64,000 nt of DNA from an uncultured Methanosarcinaceae archaeon (GCA_963727895.1 CAVSHT010000004.1:416001-480000), one strand, 5' to 3'; shown: positions 45,504 to 56,445, counted from the stretch's first letter. The notes: generated by a model from the sequence alone, not told the origin. Program-made: numbers and translations.

Positions 45504-47917
45504 TCTATCATCTCTTTTTCCAGGGCAAGGCTGGTAAAAGTGCCTGCGAGCCCTCTTGTATTTGGAACGTAAGCTTTTTTGAAATAGAGTCGATTTTCTG
45601 AATCTTCAATTTCTTGTTTTAATTTCTCGAAATGTCTAACAGTTAGAGGATATATAATCTCAGCTTTCGGACTGTCTGGAGGATCTTCTATAAAAAGGAC
45701 TGAGGCTGCCCCACATTTAAAGGCTTGAAGTAACAGGTCTTCATCTACCACCAAATTTGTTGGCACCTTGATTAACTTGACATTTGAAGGATAGGTCAGT
45801 GCACTATTCCCAATATTATCGCAGGTTAAGGATGCAATCCCGCTGTTTACAAAGCCCAGAACATCTCCTTCTTTGACAACTCCTTCAATTTCAGCCCTTA
45901 GCTGACTTTTCGTGAAACTTTCAATCTGGATAGCGCCGTTTTGACAGAGTTCAGTGCAATATCCACACCCTGTACAGACAAGCGGATCTACAGCAATCTT
46001 TCCGTCTTCATTTAAGGAAAAAGCTTCAAATGGACATTTGAGACATTCATTACACTGATTACAAAGAAGCTGGTTGAGCGTTGGAATTTCGTTTACCAGG
46101 GCTTTGGGACTGTCCGCAATAAATGCTCTTGCTCTCACAGCTGCAAGTCCTGCCTGTGAAATAGTGTCCGTAACATCCTTAGGACTCTGAGCAGTACCGC
46201 AGACAAAAATTCCATCCAGTGAACTGTCTACAGGTTTCAATTTAGAGTGTCTTTCTTTGATAAAGCCACTTTCTTCCTGGCTGAGATTCAGTGTACTGGC
46301 AATTTTTCGGGTTCCTTTGGAAGGAACCATGGCCGCAGAGAGTACAACGAGATCAGCAGGAAGCTCTTTTATTTTCTGGTTAAGGGTATCTTCGAGTCTG
46401 ACAACAAGGCTCTTATCAGGTTTCTCCACAATTTCGGCTGGTCTTCCTCTTACAAATTTGACCCCCATATCTTGAACCGCTCGATAGTAGTTTTCGTAAA
46501 AACCAAGAGCTCGCAAATCGACATAGCAAATCGTGATTTCTGTACCCGGATATTTTTTCATTATCAGATTAGAGTGTTTCAAAGCCGCCATGCAACAATA
46601 TCTAGAACAGTAACGGTTCCCACTTTCTTTTTCGTCCCTTGAACCCACACATTGGATCATAACTATTCTTTTAGGTGTTTCAGGTGTCTCCGAATAATCA
46701 ATAGAAGAATTTTTAGAGGAAACTTTACTCCCACAATTGACTGTTGAATTAACAATATTGTTGTCTATGTGGAAATCCGAAGGTCTGATCAATGTTCCTT
46801 TTGTAGGACCGTTGATACCAAGCATTCTTGCAAGTTCCATCTGGGTCATTACGTTTTTGAAAATCCCGTACCCATACTGCGGTTTCTGAGACGCATCATA
46901 CTCATCAAACCCGGTAGCAACAACAACTGCACCGACATTGAGATCAATAATTTCTTCTTTTTGAGAAAAGTCAATTGCTCCAGAGCTGCAGACTTCTGCA
47001 CATTTTCCACATGCTTCGCCCTTAAACTGCAGACAATGATCAGGATCTATGCAGTATATTTTTGGAACAGATTGAGAAAAACGCAGAGAAATTGCCTTTT
47101 TGTCCGTGTACCCACAATTGAACTCATTTTCAACAATAACAGGACAGATACGGCTGCATCGGCCACACCCTGTACAGTTATCATGTACATATCTTGGTTT
47201 TTTTCTTAGTCTGACTGTGAAATTACCTGCACTTCCGCTTAATCGTTCCACTTCAGTCCAGGTTAGAAGAGTAATCTTAGGATTAGCCATGACTTCATTC
47301 ATCAATGGACTTAATGAGCACATCGCGCACTCTTCAGCAAGCTTGTCAGGAGAAAAAACCTTACCTATTTTTGCCATATTTCCACCTATACTGGAATCCT
47401 TCTCAACAAGATAGGTAGAAATTCCATTATCTGCAAGGTTCACTGCTGCAGTTATCCCTGCAATTCCTCCACCAATAACGAGAGCCTGTGGAACAATGTT
47501 TACTTTTATTTCTTCAAGGGATTCGTGATTATTCAGGCGTCCAAGCTTTCCATGAATAAGTGAAAGCGCTTTTTCAGTCGCTTCAGCTTTATCCGGGTGT
47601 ACCCAGGCACAGTGCTCTCTAAGGTTTGCAATTTCAAGCATTGCCCGATTCAATCCAGCTTCTTGAATACATTTTTTAAAGAGAGTGCCGTGTTTTGAAG
47701 GAGTGCATGAACCTATTACTATCCGGTCTAGATTCTTTTCAGAAATTTTATTTTTGATAAGAATCTGTCCCTCTCTAGAACATAGATACTCATAATCGAA
47801 AACCGGAATCCCTTCTACCTTAAGGGTTTTCTTAAGAATATTAATATCAATATGTTCGGAAATATTCCCACTGCAATGGCAGATAAATACAGCAGTTTTG
47901 TCCAGAGAAGCGTTCAT
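45500..47917 (-). CDS. hdrA: Heterodisulfide reductase subunit A
   Basis: FICHC..NI, ANLREHCAWVH, GGGIAG, QCVGSRD, YCSRYCC and ferredoxin motifs. Confidence 0.95.
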   Translation of the reverse strand: MNASLDKTAVFICHCSGNISEHIDINILKKTLKVEGIPVFDYEYLCSREGQILIKNKISEKNLDRIVIGSCTPSKHGTLFKKCIQEAGLNRAMLEIANLREHCAWVHPDKAEATEKALSLIHGKLGRLNNHESLEEIKVNIVPQALVIGGGIAGITAAVNLADNGISTYLVEKDSSIGGNMAKIGKVFSPDKLAEECAMCSLSPLMNEVMANPKITLLTWTEVERLSGSAGNFTVRLRKKPRYVHDNCTGCGRCSRICPVIVENEFNCGYTDKKAISLRFSQSVPKIYCIDPDHCLQFKGEACGKCAEVCSSGAIDFSQKEEIIDLNVGAVVVATGFDEYDASQKPQYGYGIFKNVMTQMELARMLGINGPTKGTLIRPSDFHIDNNIVNSTVNCGSKVSSKNSSIDYSETPETPKRIVMIQCVGSRDEKESGNRYCSRYCCMAALKHSNLIMKKYPGTEITICYVDLRALGFYENYYRAVQDMGVKFVRGRPAEIVEKPDKSLVVRLEDTLNQKIKELPADLVVLSAAMVPSKGTRKIASTLNLSQEESGFIKERHSKLKPVDSSLDGIFVCGTAQSPKDVTDTISQAGLAAVRARAFIADSPKALVNEIPTLNQLLCNQCNECLKCPFEAFSLNEDGKIAVDPLVCTGCGYCTELCQNGAIQIESFTKSQLRAEIEGVVKEGDVLGFVNSGIASLTCDNIGNSALTYPSNVKLIKVPTNLVVDEDLLLQAFKCGAASVLFIEDPPDSPKAEIIYPLTVRHFEKLKQEIEDSENRLYFKKAYVPNTRGLAGTFTSLALEKEMIE

Positions 47918-48364
47918 TATACTAACTCTTTCGAGGATTTATATTTAAGACTTGCCTAATCTAGCAAGTTTACTATCCCAAAAAGGTTAAAAAATTAACA
48001 ATATATGCAAAATAAGGATAATTTTTAAGGAAAAAAGTGAATTATAAATTTTTATTTGATCTCTTGTACTGCAATTCACTTTCTGAAAAAAGGAAATACA
48101 ATAAAAAGACATTTTGATCTATTATGTCTTCACTATATATAGATAAGACCTGTAAAAACCAGAATAACACTTGTCATTTTTTTGCAAATAAAGGATTTCA
48201 ACGCATAAAATTAAAATGTTGAAGTGTAGAAAAGGTATTATATACATATAATTATATATATTAAGAGAGTATTATTATTTAGATAAACTGTGAAAAACAG
48301 ACTTTGTGAGATACTCAACAGTCTCGAAAATTTTCCCCAACTGAGATCTCGATATAAATGGTAG

Positions 48365-48766
48365 ATGATCGTTGTGGCAGATAATGATTTTACATCCAAA
48401 GACAACGAATTTAAGATAGGAGAGGTTGAATATGAAATGGTAGAGCTTTTAAGAAGGCTGAATATTAACAGGCCAGTTGCTCTCACCCTTGCTTGCCTCT
48501 CCAAAGGAGAGGAAATTTCTTCCCAATGTATCGAAATGGTATCAGGGTTAAGGCAGCCAGAAGTTAGCATTGCAATGAGGTATCTTCTAGAAAATGATTG
48601 GATAGACATGAGGGAAGAAAAGAAAAATCAGGGCAAAGGTCGACCAGTTAAATTGTATAAATTAACGGTGCAGATGGAAACAATCATTAACTCAATAGAA
48701 GAAGACATAATGGCCGAAAGCAAAACTGTGCTTCAGAACATAGAGCGCTTAAAAAATATTTCCTGA
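48365..48766 (+). CDS. wHTH transcriptional regulator (COG4738/Msr-like), divergent from hdrA
   Basis: IE..SGLRQPEVS.AM..L...W......GKGRP.K.Y.L motif. Confidence 0.85.
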   Translation: MIVVADNDFTSKDNEFKIGEVEYEMVELLRRLNINRPVALTLACLSKGEEISSQCIEMVSGLRQPEVSIAMRYLLENDWIDMREEKKNQGKGRPVKLYKLTVQMETIINSIEEDIMAESKTVLQNIERLKNIS

Positions 48767-49567
48767 TATTGACTTAAATTCCAGAATCATCAAGAAATAA
48801 TCCAAATATCCTATTATAAAATATGAGTCTGGATTAATAACTTTAGATAAAACTTAAAAAATAATATATAAGAACTAGAACTTTTAATAGAATTGTAGTA
48901 CTATTTTAAAAGTTATACGATCTCTTAATTCTATTCCTGACATCTCTTTTTTCATAGAATCAAAGTTTCAAAAAAGTCAAACTAAGAATATTTCAGGGAC
49001 AGAATATATATTCAAAAATTATCGAAAAGAAACATCTCAATAGAGATAAAGAGTTCATCTCATAAACAGAATAAACTTTTATAGTAATAAGGACCTAGAA
49101 CTCTTTCATACAATCCATATAAGTTTAGAGATTTAAGGGTAGAAAATAATCACGTTTATCCCAGGTCATCCAGAAGATGAAATATTTCTTATTTCAATGT
49201 TAAATATTAGACTTACTTTATGATCAAAATAATTCAACAACCCATAACATAGAAAGCACATGATACTTTAGAATATAGTTCGAGTTTAAAGCAGCTTTTG
49301 AATTTCAAACAAACCTTAAATTGAGATACGGACTTATTCGTGGAGATTGTTTTAAAAAATAGTTTAAATGTAGTGATTATAAAACTTTAAAAGAATAAAC
49401 TTTACAAATTTGATTATAAACGATAAACAGCATCATCTGAACTCTTTTTGAGTTAGCAAATCTCAAAATCACTCAAAAACTTAGATATAAATCAACAAAT
49501 ATAAAAAATGATAGAATAAGTAAATATTTATATTAATCGACTCTATAATGGTCCTTTGGGTGATTAA

Positions 49568-49981
49568 ATGGTAGATGAAAGTGGTTCAATCATGGAACTT
49601 TCTGACACAAATGACCAGAGTCCTATAGTAATAGGATCAAATGAATACGAAATGATAGAATTACTTAGAAAAATAAATGTCAGTAGACCAATTGCTCTTA
49701 CACTTGCATGCCTTGCTAAAGGAAGAGAAATTTCATCTCAGAGTATTGAAATAATATCAGGATTAAGACAGCCTGAAGTCAGTGTTGCAATGCGGTATCT
49801 TCGAGAAAACAACTGGATAGATATCCGTGAAGAAAAAAAATCAAAAGGAAAAGGCAGGCCGATAAAGCTATACAGGCTTACAGTCCCAATGGAATGCATC
49901 GTTAGCAAGATAGAAGAAGAGATAATAGCTGAAAGCAAAATTGTGCTTAGAAATATAGAACGTCTGAAACACCTTGCCTAA
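49568..49981 (+). CDS. Paralogous wHTH transcriptional regulator (COG4738/Msr-like)
   Basis: Same LRQPEVS and GKGRP motifs; clearly homologous to 48365-48766. Confidence 0.85.
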   Translation: MVDESGSIMELSDTNDQSPIVIGSNEYEMIELLRKINVSRPIALTLACLAKGREISSQSIEIISGLRQPEVSVAMRYLRENNWIDIREEKKSKGKGRPIKLYRLTVPMECIVSKIEEEIIAESKIVLRNIERLKHLA

Positions 49982-50277
49982 ATTATTCATTAGAATTATA
50001 TTTCAGGCATTGATACTTAAACATAGTTATATACTGTTAGAAAGTATATTTCTTCATGAACTGCCCAAAATGCAATAGTTCCAGTCACAAAAAATGGTAT
50101 AGTTGATGGGCGTCAACGGTACAAATGCCATGATTGTGGATATAACTATACAGTATAGCTAAAATCAACTGCTTTTTCCGCTTCTGTAAAAAGACAGGCT
50201 TTACAACTCTATCTTGAAGGATTGGGCTTTCGCTCAATAGGAAGAGTTTAGCATGAAAGTACATGAGGAGATTATCC

Positions 50278-51543
50278 TCACGTGCTCTCTTGATCCTTTT
50301 TCCCCATAATCGCAAATATTTCACTAATTATTTTAATCCGTTCATCAACCGAAAAAATCTCAGTCTCAATAATCTTTCTCTTTTGGATTTCTCCCTTTTG
50401 ATATCCGGTTTCATCTTCGTCCATCTCATCGTTTGTAATAAGATGCCATAGTATCGTTGCAATTTTCCTTGCTAAGGCAATAATTGCTTTTGCATGTCCA
50501 ATCGACTTCTTTTTTCTGTTAAAAAACTCTTTTAACCTGCTATTCTTCTTTCTTGCTGCTGCTTGAGCAATCTGTGTCAGAATCCACCTTGCTACTTTTG
50601 ATCCCCTCTTTGTGATTCTGCCGTTATAGTATTTAACTGCAGATTGATACACATTAGAAACTAGACCAAGCCAAGAAGCAAGCTTATTTCCAGAAGAAAA
50701 ATCCTTAAAGTTGCCTATTTCAGCAAGTAAAATTGCCGCACCAAGTTCCCCTATACCTGGAACTGACATTAAAATCTCCATTTCTCGCTTATGATTTCGA
50801 GAAGCATAATTGAAAATTTCTGTTTCTAAAGCTTCGAGTTCATCATCAAGACTTTTTATGAGTTTCAGACAGATCTGAAGTCTGAATGCAGCACTTTGAG
50901 AAATTTCTCGATCAAGAATTTCTCTTATCTGAGCAGCTTTTTTCCGAACATTTGGAGAGAGGCTTGCAATAATCTGATCAACACTCTTACCTGAAGAGAT
51001 TCCTAATAAGATCATTCTGCCATTCTTGCCAAAAACGTCTGTCAGCACATTATTCAGGTGTAGCATTTCAGATGCAAGAATTGAATTTCAGATGCAAGAA
51101 TTGAGTGAGCTTTATTTTTTAAATCTGTTCTTTTTTGTACAAGTGTTAACCGAAGTCGAACATATGATCTAAAATCTATATGATCCTTTGGAAAAACTCT
51201 TGATGGCTGAATCATATTATTAAGTGCAAGTTGTGCAATGACTTCTGAGTCAATCTTATCTGTTTTTGTATGGGTAAATACCTTCATATCTCGCGCATTT
51301 CCAACTATCACAGTTAGATGCTTTACCAATGAATCATGAATCGGAACCCAAAAGTAGCTGGTTGATTCATATGCAACAACATCACATTTTTCTGATATTA
51401 CCCAATTTTTAAGGGCTAAAATTCCTTCATCATCTCTGTTGAAACGTTGCTGTTGTTTTTCACCAGATCTACTGAAAATTGTAGCAATGAAAAAGAGTTT
51501 GTGAATGTCTAAACCACAAGCTTTGTTTATGACTTAAATCAAA
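50278..51543 (-). pseudogene. IS110 DEDD recombinase, inactivated
   Basis: CGLDIHK, YEST, KTDKIDS, SVPGIG, YQSA, ITKRG and ALARK motifs; TAA at codon 3 and a 20-bp tandem duplication (about 51065-51104) causing a frameshift. Confidence 0.9.
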
Positions 51544-51561
51544 TTAGATCACCAAATTTAT

Positions 51562-51777
51562 TTGGGCAGTGGAATTGCCTAAAAGGCCAATTTAGCATCC
51601 GTGATCAAAGTCACACTTGAGCCTTCGATGGCAATTCACTGATTAGTTTTAGAACGGTTTTGAAAAACCAAAATCAAGACAACCTTACTGCCCAAGGTAA
51701 TGAGGGCTTAATAGTCAAAAAAAAGAACGGAGAGTACTTTCATTAGTTGTGCTTGTTATTCGAAGAATATCATGTGC
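51562..51777 (-). ncRNA. Candidate IS110 bridge RNA (target- and donor-binding loops)
   Basis: Enclosing stem 51562-70/51687-95; one loop holds AGTTTTAG (target match), the other TTTAGCAT (element-junction match). Confidence 0.65.
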
Positions 51778-52306
51778 GTTTTAGGGGTAAGTCATGTTTC
51801 TGTCCAAAAATGGATAAAGAAATTTGGTCAGGAGTTAGAGAACCTAAAAAGTGAAAGTGAGATATCTATTGTTGAAATGGATGAAATGCACACTTACATC
51901 GGTAACAAAAAAAATATTGCTGGATCTAGATTGCTGTTGATAGAGTTGGGAAAAAGTTCATCAACTGCTCTTTTGGCAGCAGAGGAACGGAAACTGGAAA
52001 ACTACTCTGGGAAAAAGTGAAGAAAAAAGAGATTGGAGAAGTGATGACAGATCACTGGAGGGCATATGCAGAGTTTCTTCCAGAAAAGAGTCATACTCAA
52101 TCAAAAGCAGAAACATTTACAGTTGAGGGATATAACAGCATATTGAGGTATTTTCTGGCAAGGTTGAGAAGAAAGACAAAGTGTTATACAAAAAGTCTTG
52201 AAATGCTAAAGTACTCGGTTATTATATTGATGAAATAAAGAAATAAAGAACTAGATATATTTAAGTAACAATGTCATATTTCATAAAGAACTTTATTTTT
52301 TAGAAT

Positions 52307-52392
52307 GAACCTATCATAAAGTCCATTCAAATATCCTATTGATGACTTAAATATGAGATTCAAAACTCAAATTTTGAGTTTTGGATAGGTTC
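52307..52392. mobile_element. Shortened MITE related to the 130-bp family
   Basis: GAACCTATC ... TTTTGAGTTTTGGATAGGTTC. Confidence 0.5.
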
Positions 52393-52399
52393 ATAGCTT

Positions 52400-53041
52400 T
52401 TACAGCATTATAACGGCTTTTACAACAATATATCCAAATATTATGAAGCCTGCTATGTATAATGCATCTGTTTCTGTGTTTGGCATTTCATAATATTCAC
52501 ATTGAATAGATTTAGAGTTTGTTTTATTCAATTCGTTTTTTAACCAGTATAAAGTCAAAATAACTACTACTCCAAATCCTAAAATTTCAGGAACATAACT
52601 TTCCGATAACTGAAAATTAAATGACCTATTGAACAGTACTAATAAATATTCTAATCCCGTACGATCCACAGAATTTTTGGGAAAACTCCATCCTAAAAGA
52701 GGCCAGAATAAAGTTCGAGGATTTCCCCACATCTGGTCTTCCATAAGATGGAAAAATGAGCCTGAAGCAAGAGAAAGAATTCTAATGTCCCTTCTTTTAT
52801 CATACAAGTGCAAACCGATAAACAAAAGAGAAATAGATAATATTAGAGTGTGACCTATAATGCGTCCATTTGCCAGAGTCGAAGAAAAAATAACCATACC
52901 TAGAGGTTTGTCTAGAATGTCAGGAAATAGGGCTCCAAGGACAAGATACTTAGGATCTATGATAGTTTTTATTTGATGGGTAAAGACACAAAGAACAATA
53001 AATACTCCAAGTGTAATACCAATATGTCCAAACAGAAGCAT
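52400..53041 (-). CDS. Membrane-bound metal-dependent hydrolase (YdjM-like)
   Basis: FGH, FPDILDK, GHT, HL.ED and LFWP motifs. Confidence 0.82.
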   Translation of the reverse strand: MLLFGHIGITLGVFIVLCVFTHQIKTIIDPKYLVLGALFPDILDKPLGMVIFSSTLANGRIIGHTLILSISLLFIGLHLYDKRRDIRILSLASGSFFHLMEDQMWGNPRTLFWPLLGWSFPKNSVDRTGLEYLLVLFNRSFNFQLSESYVPEILGFGVVVILTLYWLKNELNKTNSKSIQCEYYEMPNTETDALYIAGFIIFGYIVVKAVIML

Positions 53042-53257
53042 AGTAAACAAAACAAATCTTTATTTATATAAAATAACTGTATTCAGAACAGGATTAAAAG
53101 TCCAAATTAGAATATAAAGTGAGAATTGAACAGGTTTTAAGGAGCTCAATTAATTAAAAATTCAGAATTTTGAGAAAATCAATTAATTAAAAACTCAGAA
53201 AATATATTCAAAGTTCAGTATTAATAATAAAAAAACAAAACGAAAATATTTAGTGTG

Positions 53258-53334
53258 TGGTGGGCCCGCTGCGATTCGAACGCAGGACCTCACGGTTATC
53301 AGCCGTGCGCTCCACCAAGCTAAGCTACGGGCCC
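53258..53334 (-). tRNA. tRNA-Ile(GAT)
   Basis: Cloverleaf GGGCCCG...CT-GAT-AA...TTCGAAT...CGGGCCCACCA. Confidence 0.97.
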
Positions 53335-53393
53335 AGGTAAGTCAGATATTTATAAAAAACCTGTAAAGATCTCCTGAAAAATGATGAGAATTC

Positions 53394-53470
53394 TGGTGGG
53401 CCCGCTGCGATTCGAACGCAGGACCTCACGGTTATCAGCCGTGCGCTCCACCAGGCTAAGCTACGGGCCC
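53394..53470 (-). tRNA. tRNA-Ile(GAT), tandem copy
   Basis: Differs from 53258-53334 by one D-loop base. Confidence 0.97.
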
Positions 53471-53702
53471 AAATATCAGGTTTTTTAGAATTATCGAAGT
53501 TGAAAGGCTTTTTTGGGAAAGCATCCCATTTCGACAACACTTCTAATACTCAATTTACTACTTATATCTTTTGCTTGAATAATTTAAAATTTTAAAATTT
53601 GAAATTTCAAAAGTATATTTACAGGGAGCAGAAACAGAGTGGCGACAGATTTATATAATATCCCGAGTGTATGAGGGATGCTGGCAAAGTAAAGCCTTAT
53701 AA

Positions 53703-53774
53703 GGGCCGGTAGATCAGGGGAAGATCGCTACCTTGGCATGGTAGAGGCCTCGGGTTCAATTCCCGACCGGTCCA
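53703..53774 (+). tRNA. tRNA-Ala(GGC)
   Basis: CTACC-TTGGCAT-GGTAG anticodon arm; G3:U70 pair; TATA-like TTTATATAA about 50 nt upstream. Confidence 0.95.
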
Positions 53775-54263
53775 CTAAAAGATAGTTAATGGTTCTAATC
53801 AGTACTACTATTTTTCAAACGTTTTTTACACTTATGTTACTTCAGGGATCGGCAACACCCAGAAGCTTTCATTTCTCCTTTAGAATATCTTTTCGCTTAA
53901 TAACATAACACATTTTAAAACTGTTGAAATTTGAAATGGAACAGGGAGAAACACATAGCAAAAGAACTGGCGTATTCTCAACCACGCTGTTGAGTTTTTA
54001 GAGTAGCACTGGTTAAAATTGCATTAGACTGGTTTTGGAAGTCCCTTAAATCACCTCTGAATAGCTCAATTTTTGCCCTTGAAGGCGGCAGTTTGAGACT
54101 CTGGATCACACCCGAAGTTTTAAAGATAAAAACAAGCTTAGTGAGACACATTAAAGACAACTATTGAGGTTCCAATGTTTTTGTATTCGCCTATTTTTTT
54201 CCGGCTTTTATTTGGAGTCTTTTTAATATTCCTTCCGAACCTTTCAATTTCCTTTAATTTCCC

Positions 54264-55361
54264 TTAAACATCTTTTTTGTTCCCATAATCTTTTTTTGAA
54301 ACTTTTTTGCTGCTTTTGCGTGTCTGTTTACTTTTTTTGGTCTCAATAGCTTTTTCCTCAACTTCTTCAGCGGGTTCTTCAAAGAGGAGGTTTGTTAGAT
54401 AGTTAATCTGATTTCTCAGTTCCTCTTTTATTTCTTCAGGGACCTCTTTTGATTCTTGTATGGATCTTAGGGCTTCCTTAAAATAAAATTCTGCGAGAAC
54501 AGGATCTTTCTCAGCATAGATGGTTCCAACCATAACCTGAAGGGGAGAAAAGTTTCTATGCTTTTCATTGAATTTCGTGTAAAATTCCTGGATTTTATCA
54601 AAGTCTTCTTTCTCCATAAGATCCAGAAAATAATCCTGCATAAGTTCCATATAATCCGGACCTTTTTCCAGAAGAAAATCGAATTTATCGTCATTATTCA
54701 TTAAAAAGAAACCGGTTTCAAGGTAGTCTGCCGTCCTGTCTTCTCCAAAAATATCTTCCGGGCTTAGACCTTCGAATAAGCCCCCTTCTTCAGAAAAATT
54801 CTCCTCACCGAAAAGATCTTTAGCCTCTTTTTTCATGAGGAGCATATCAACCTGAGCCCCGGATACGCCCATTTTGTGTGCAAATTTTTTGAACTGCCTT
54901 TCGTACTTTTTCTCTTTTTCCTCTGAAAAAAAGCCGAGCACGTACGTGATCCACTTTACATAGGCCTGTTTGTCCTCAAGCCAGGATCTGTTGTCAATCA
55001 TCCACAAAACATAGTCAAGAACAAGGGTGAATTCATGGTAGTAGAGCAGATTTTCCTCAAGAGGTTCAATCAGACTTTTCACAATTTCTTTTTCAAGGGG
55101 TTTTTCAAAGAAACTGATCGGTTTGTCACGATTCTCCTTTATGTTCTTTAATGCCCTGATGACATATTTATCCGTTACTTTCCGGTTCTCGTTGTAGTAA
55201 TAGTCGGCAATTGAAAACTCGATTTCACTCAGATATTCGCTGTACTCGTATTCTTTATTGTAAATGCTTTTTATTTCCTTTATCTCCGGAGTGTCCGGCA
55301 CGAGAAATTCAGACAAGGATAAATCGTTTTCAATTAATTCATTGTTTTCATCGGGACTCAT
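54264..55361 (-). CDS. Hypothetical acidic helical protein (possible C-terminal TPR-like pair)
   Basis: 365-aa open frame; no recognised motif. Confidence 0.7.
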   Translation of the reverse strand: MSPDENNELIENDLSLSEFLVPDTPEIKEIKSIYNKEYEYSEYLSEIEFSIADYYYNENRKVTDKYVIRALKNIKENRDKPISFFEKPLEKEIVKSLIEPLEENLLYYHEFTLVLDYVLWMIDNRSWLEDKQAYVKWITYVLGFFSEEKEKKYERQFKKFAHKMGVSGAQVDMLLMKKEAKDLFGEENFSEEGGLFEGLSPEDIFGEDRTADYLETGFFLMNNDDKFDFLLEKGPDYMELMQDYFLDLMEKEDFDKIQEFYTKFNEKHRNFSPLQVMVGTIYAEKDPVLAEFYFKEALRSIQESKEVPEEIKEELRNQINYLTNLLFEEPAEEVEEKAIETKKSKQTRKSSKKVSKKDYGNKKDV

Positions 55362-55660
55362 AAATACTTCTCTATGATTATTGGTTTATATCAATTTCTA
55401 ATGGCCGGGCAGGATGAATGCAAATTATTTCTACCTGGTTGAACTGGTTATTTTTCCCTTCAACTAGAGTCTTTTCAACTTTAAACAGGGTCAAAAAGGA
55501 CCAGACAGAGTCAATTTTGTGTTCACATCAAGAAATAAAGATTGGAAAGCATAGTGTTTTTGATAGTTTTGACAGGGACACAATTGAACTTGAAACGCCA
55601 TGCTAAATAAAAGCGCTACTCGCAAACAATTTACGAGCTCATATTGTTAATTCCCTTACT

Positions 55661-55762
55661 TCAGAGTTCATACCCAAGCCCTGCCAGATTTTTCCTAATC
55701 TTCCTCTCAAAATCCTCTAATTTCCTGAACTGCTCCGAAAGTTTTGTATTTACATTTTCCAT
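55661..55762 (-). pseudogene. Possible C-terminal remnant of type I R-M methyltransferase HsdM
   Basis: KLSEQFRKLEDFERKIRKNLAGLGYEL* resembles typical HsdM C-termini. Confidence 0.45.
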
Positions 55763-55871
55763 GTATTTCTTCAACTCTAATCATTGTTTTCGGTTTTTTC
55801 AAGTCCAAATGTCCTTCTTAGATTTCATTGACAAGGTCGCTCTCCTTCGTCGAGCGTAACAAGAAATACTC

Positions 55872-56015
55872 CATTTGTATTCGGTTAAGATACGATCTAT
55901 AAAAAATGTGTTATCTTTGTTGCCATTTCTGTAAACCTATAAATGTAAATAGAGATGCATAGATTATTACAGTAGTCATTATAACGTTAACAGATTCCTT
56001 AACCGAATACAAATG
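55872..56015. mobile_element. 144-bp MITE with IS4-like CAT...ATG ends
   Basis: Perfect 18-bp TIR CATTTGTATTCGGTTAAG; 10-bp TSD AGAAATACTC/AGAAAGACTC. Confidence 0.85.
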
Positions 56016-56069
56016 AGAAAGACTCAGTATGATGAATAATGGTTGTAAAGGTACAGCTGTAAAGGTCTC

Positions 56070-56445
56070 TCATTTCTCCAGAATTTTCCAGTGGCCGCCT
56101 TTCGCAGGGCCGACTCTTTTGATAATACATTTTTTCTTTAATACATCCATATGTTTTTGAATTGCAGATTGATTTATGTTCAATTTTTCAGAAATTTCCT
56201 TTCTTGAGATAGTAGAGTTTTCATCGATCAAAAGGAGGATCTTACGCTGGTTCTCGTTAAGTTCGGGCCATTTTTCAGACCACTTTTCTGACACTTTTCT
56301 GACACTTTTCTGACCACTCTTTGCTTTCCTTTTCAGCTTTCTTTTCTTCTTCCTTTACTCCAGCTTTTTCTTCTGCTTCCATCTGTTTTCTCTTAAATGT
56401 AACAATAAATTGAGTCCCGACCTCTTTAAAATCAGTTTCAGGCTC
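56070..56445 (-). pseudogene. C-terminal wHTH fragment of an ATP-binding/RecG-like regulator
   Basis: F.E.GTQFIVTFKR, SEKW repeats, and LNENQ.KIL...I.R.GP.KGG.W; frameshift within the CACTTTTCTGA repeats. Confidence 0.65.

Larger units (their letters stand above)
50250..51777 (-). mobile_element. IS110-family element
   Basis: GTTT at both junctions; sub-terminal IR ATGAAAGTAC (50253-62) / GTACTTTCAT (51734-43); DEDD recombinase gene. Confidence 0.9.
50006..52275 (+). mobile_element. IS1-family element interrupted by IS110
   Basis: 8-bp TSD ATATTTCA; IS1 sequence stops at 50249 and resumes at 51778. Confidence 0.93.

Noticed and set aside
53258..53470. Duplicated tRNA-Ile as attL/attR of an integrated element
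   Set aside because: Both are full-length, 59 bp apart, with no cargo or integrase; a tandem tRNA pair.
53325..53540. 71-aa ORF
   Set aside because: Overlaps tRNA-Ile genes; spurious.
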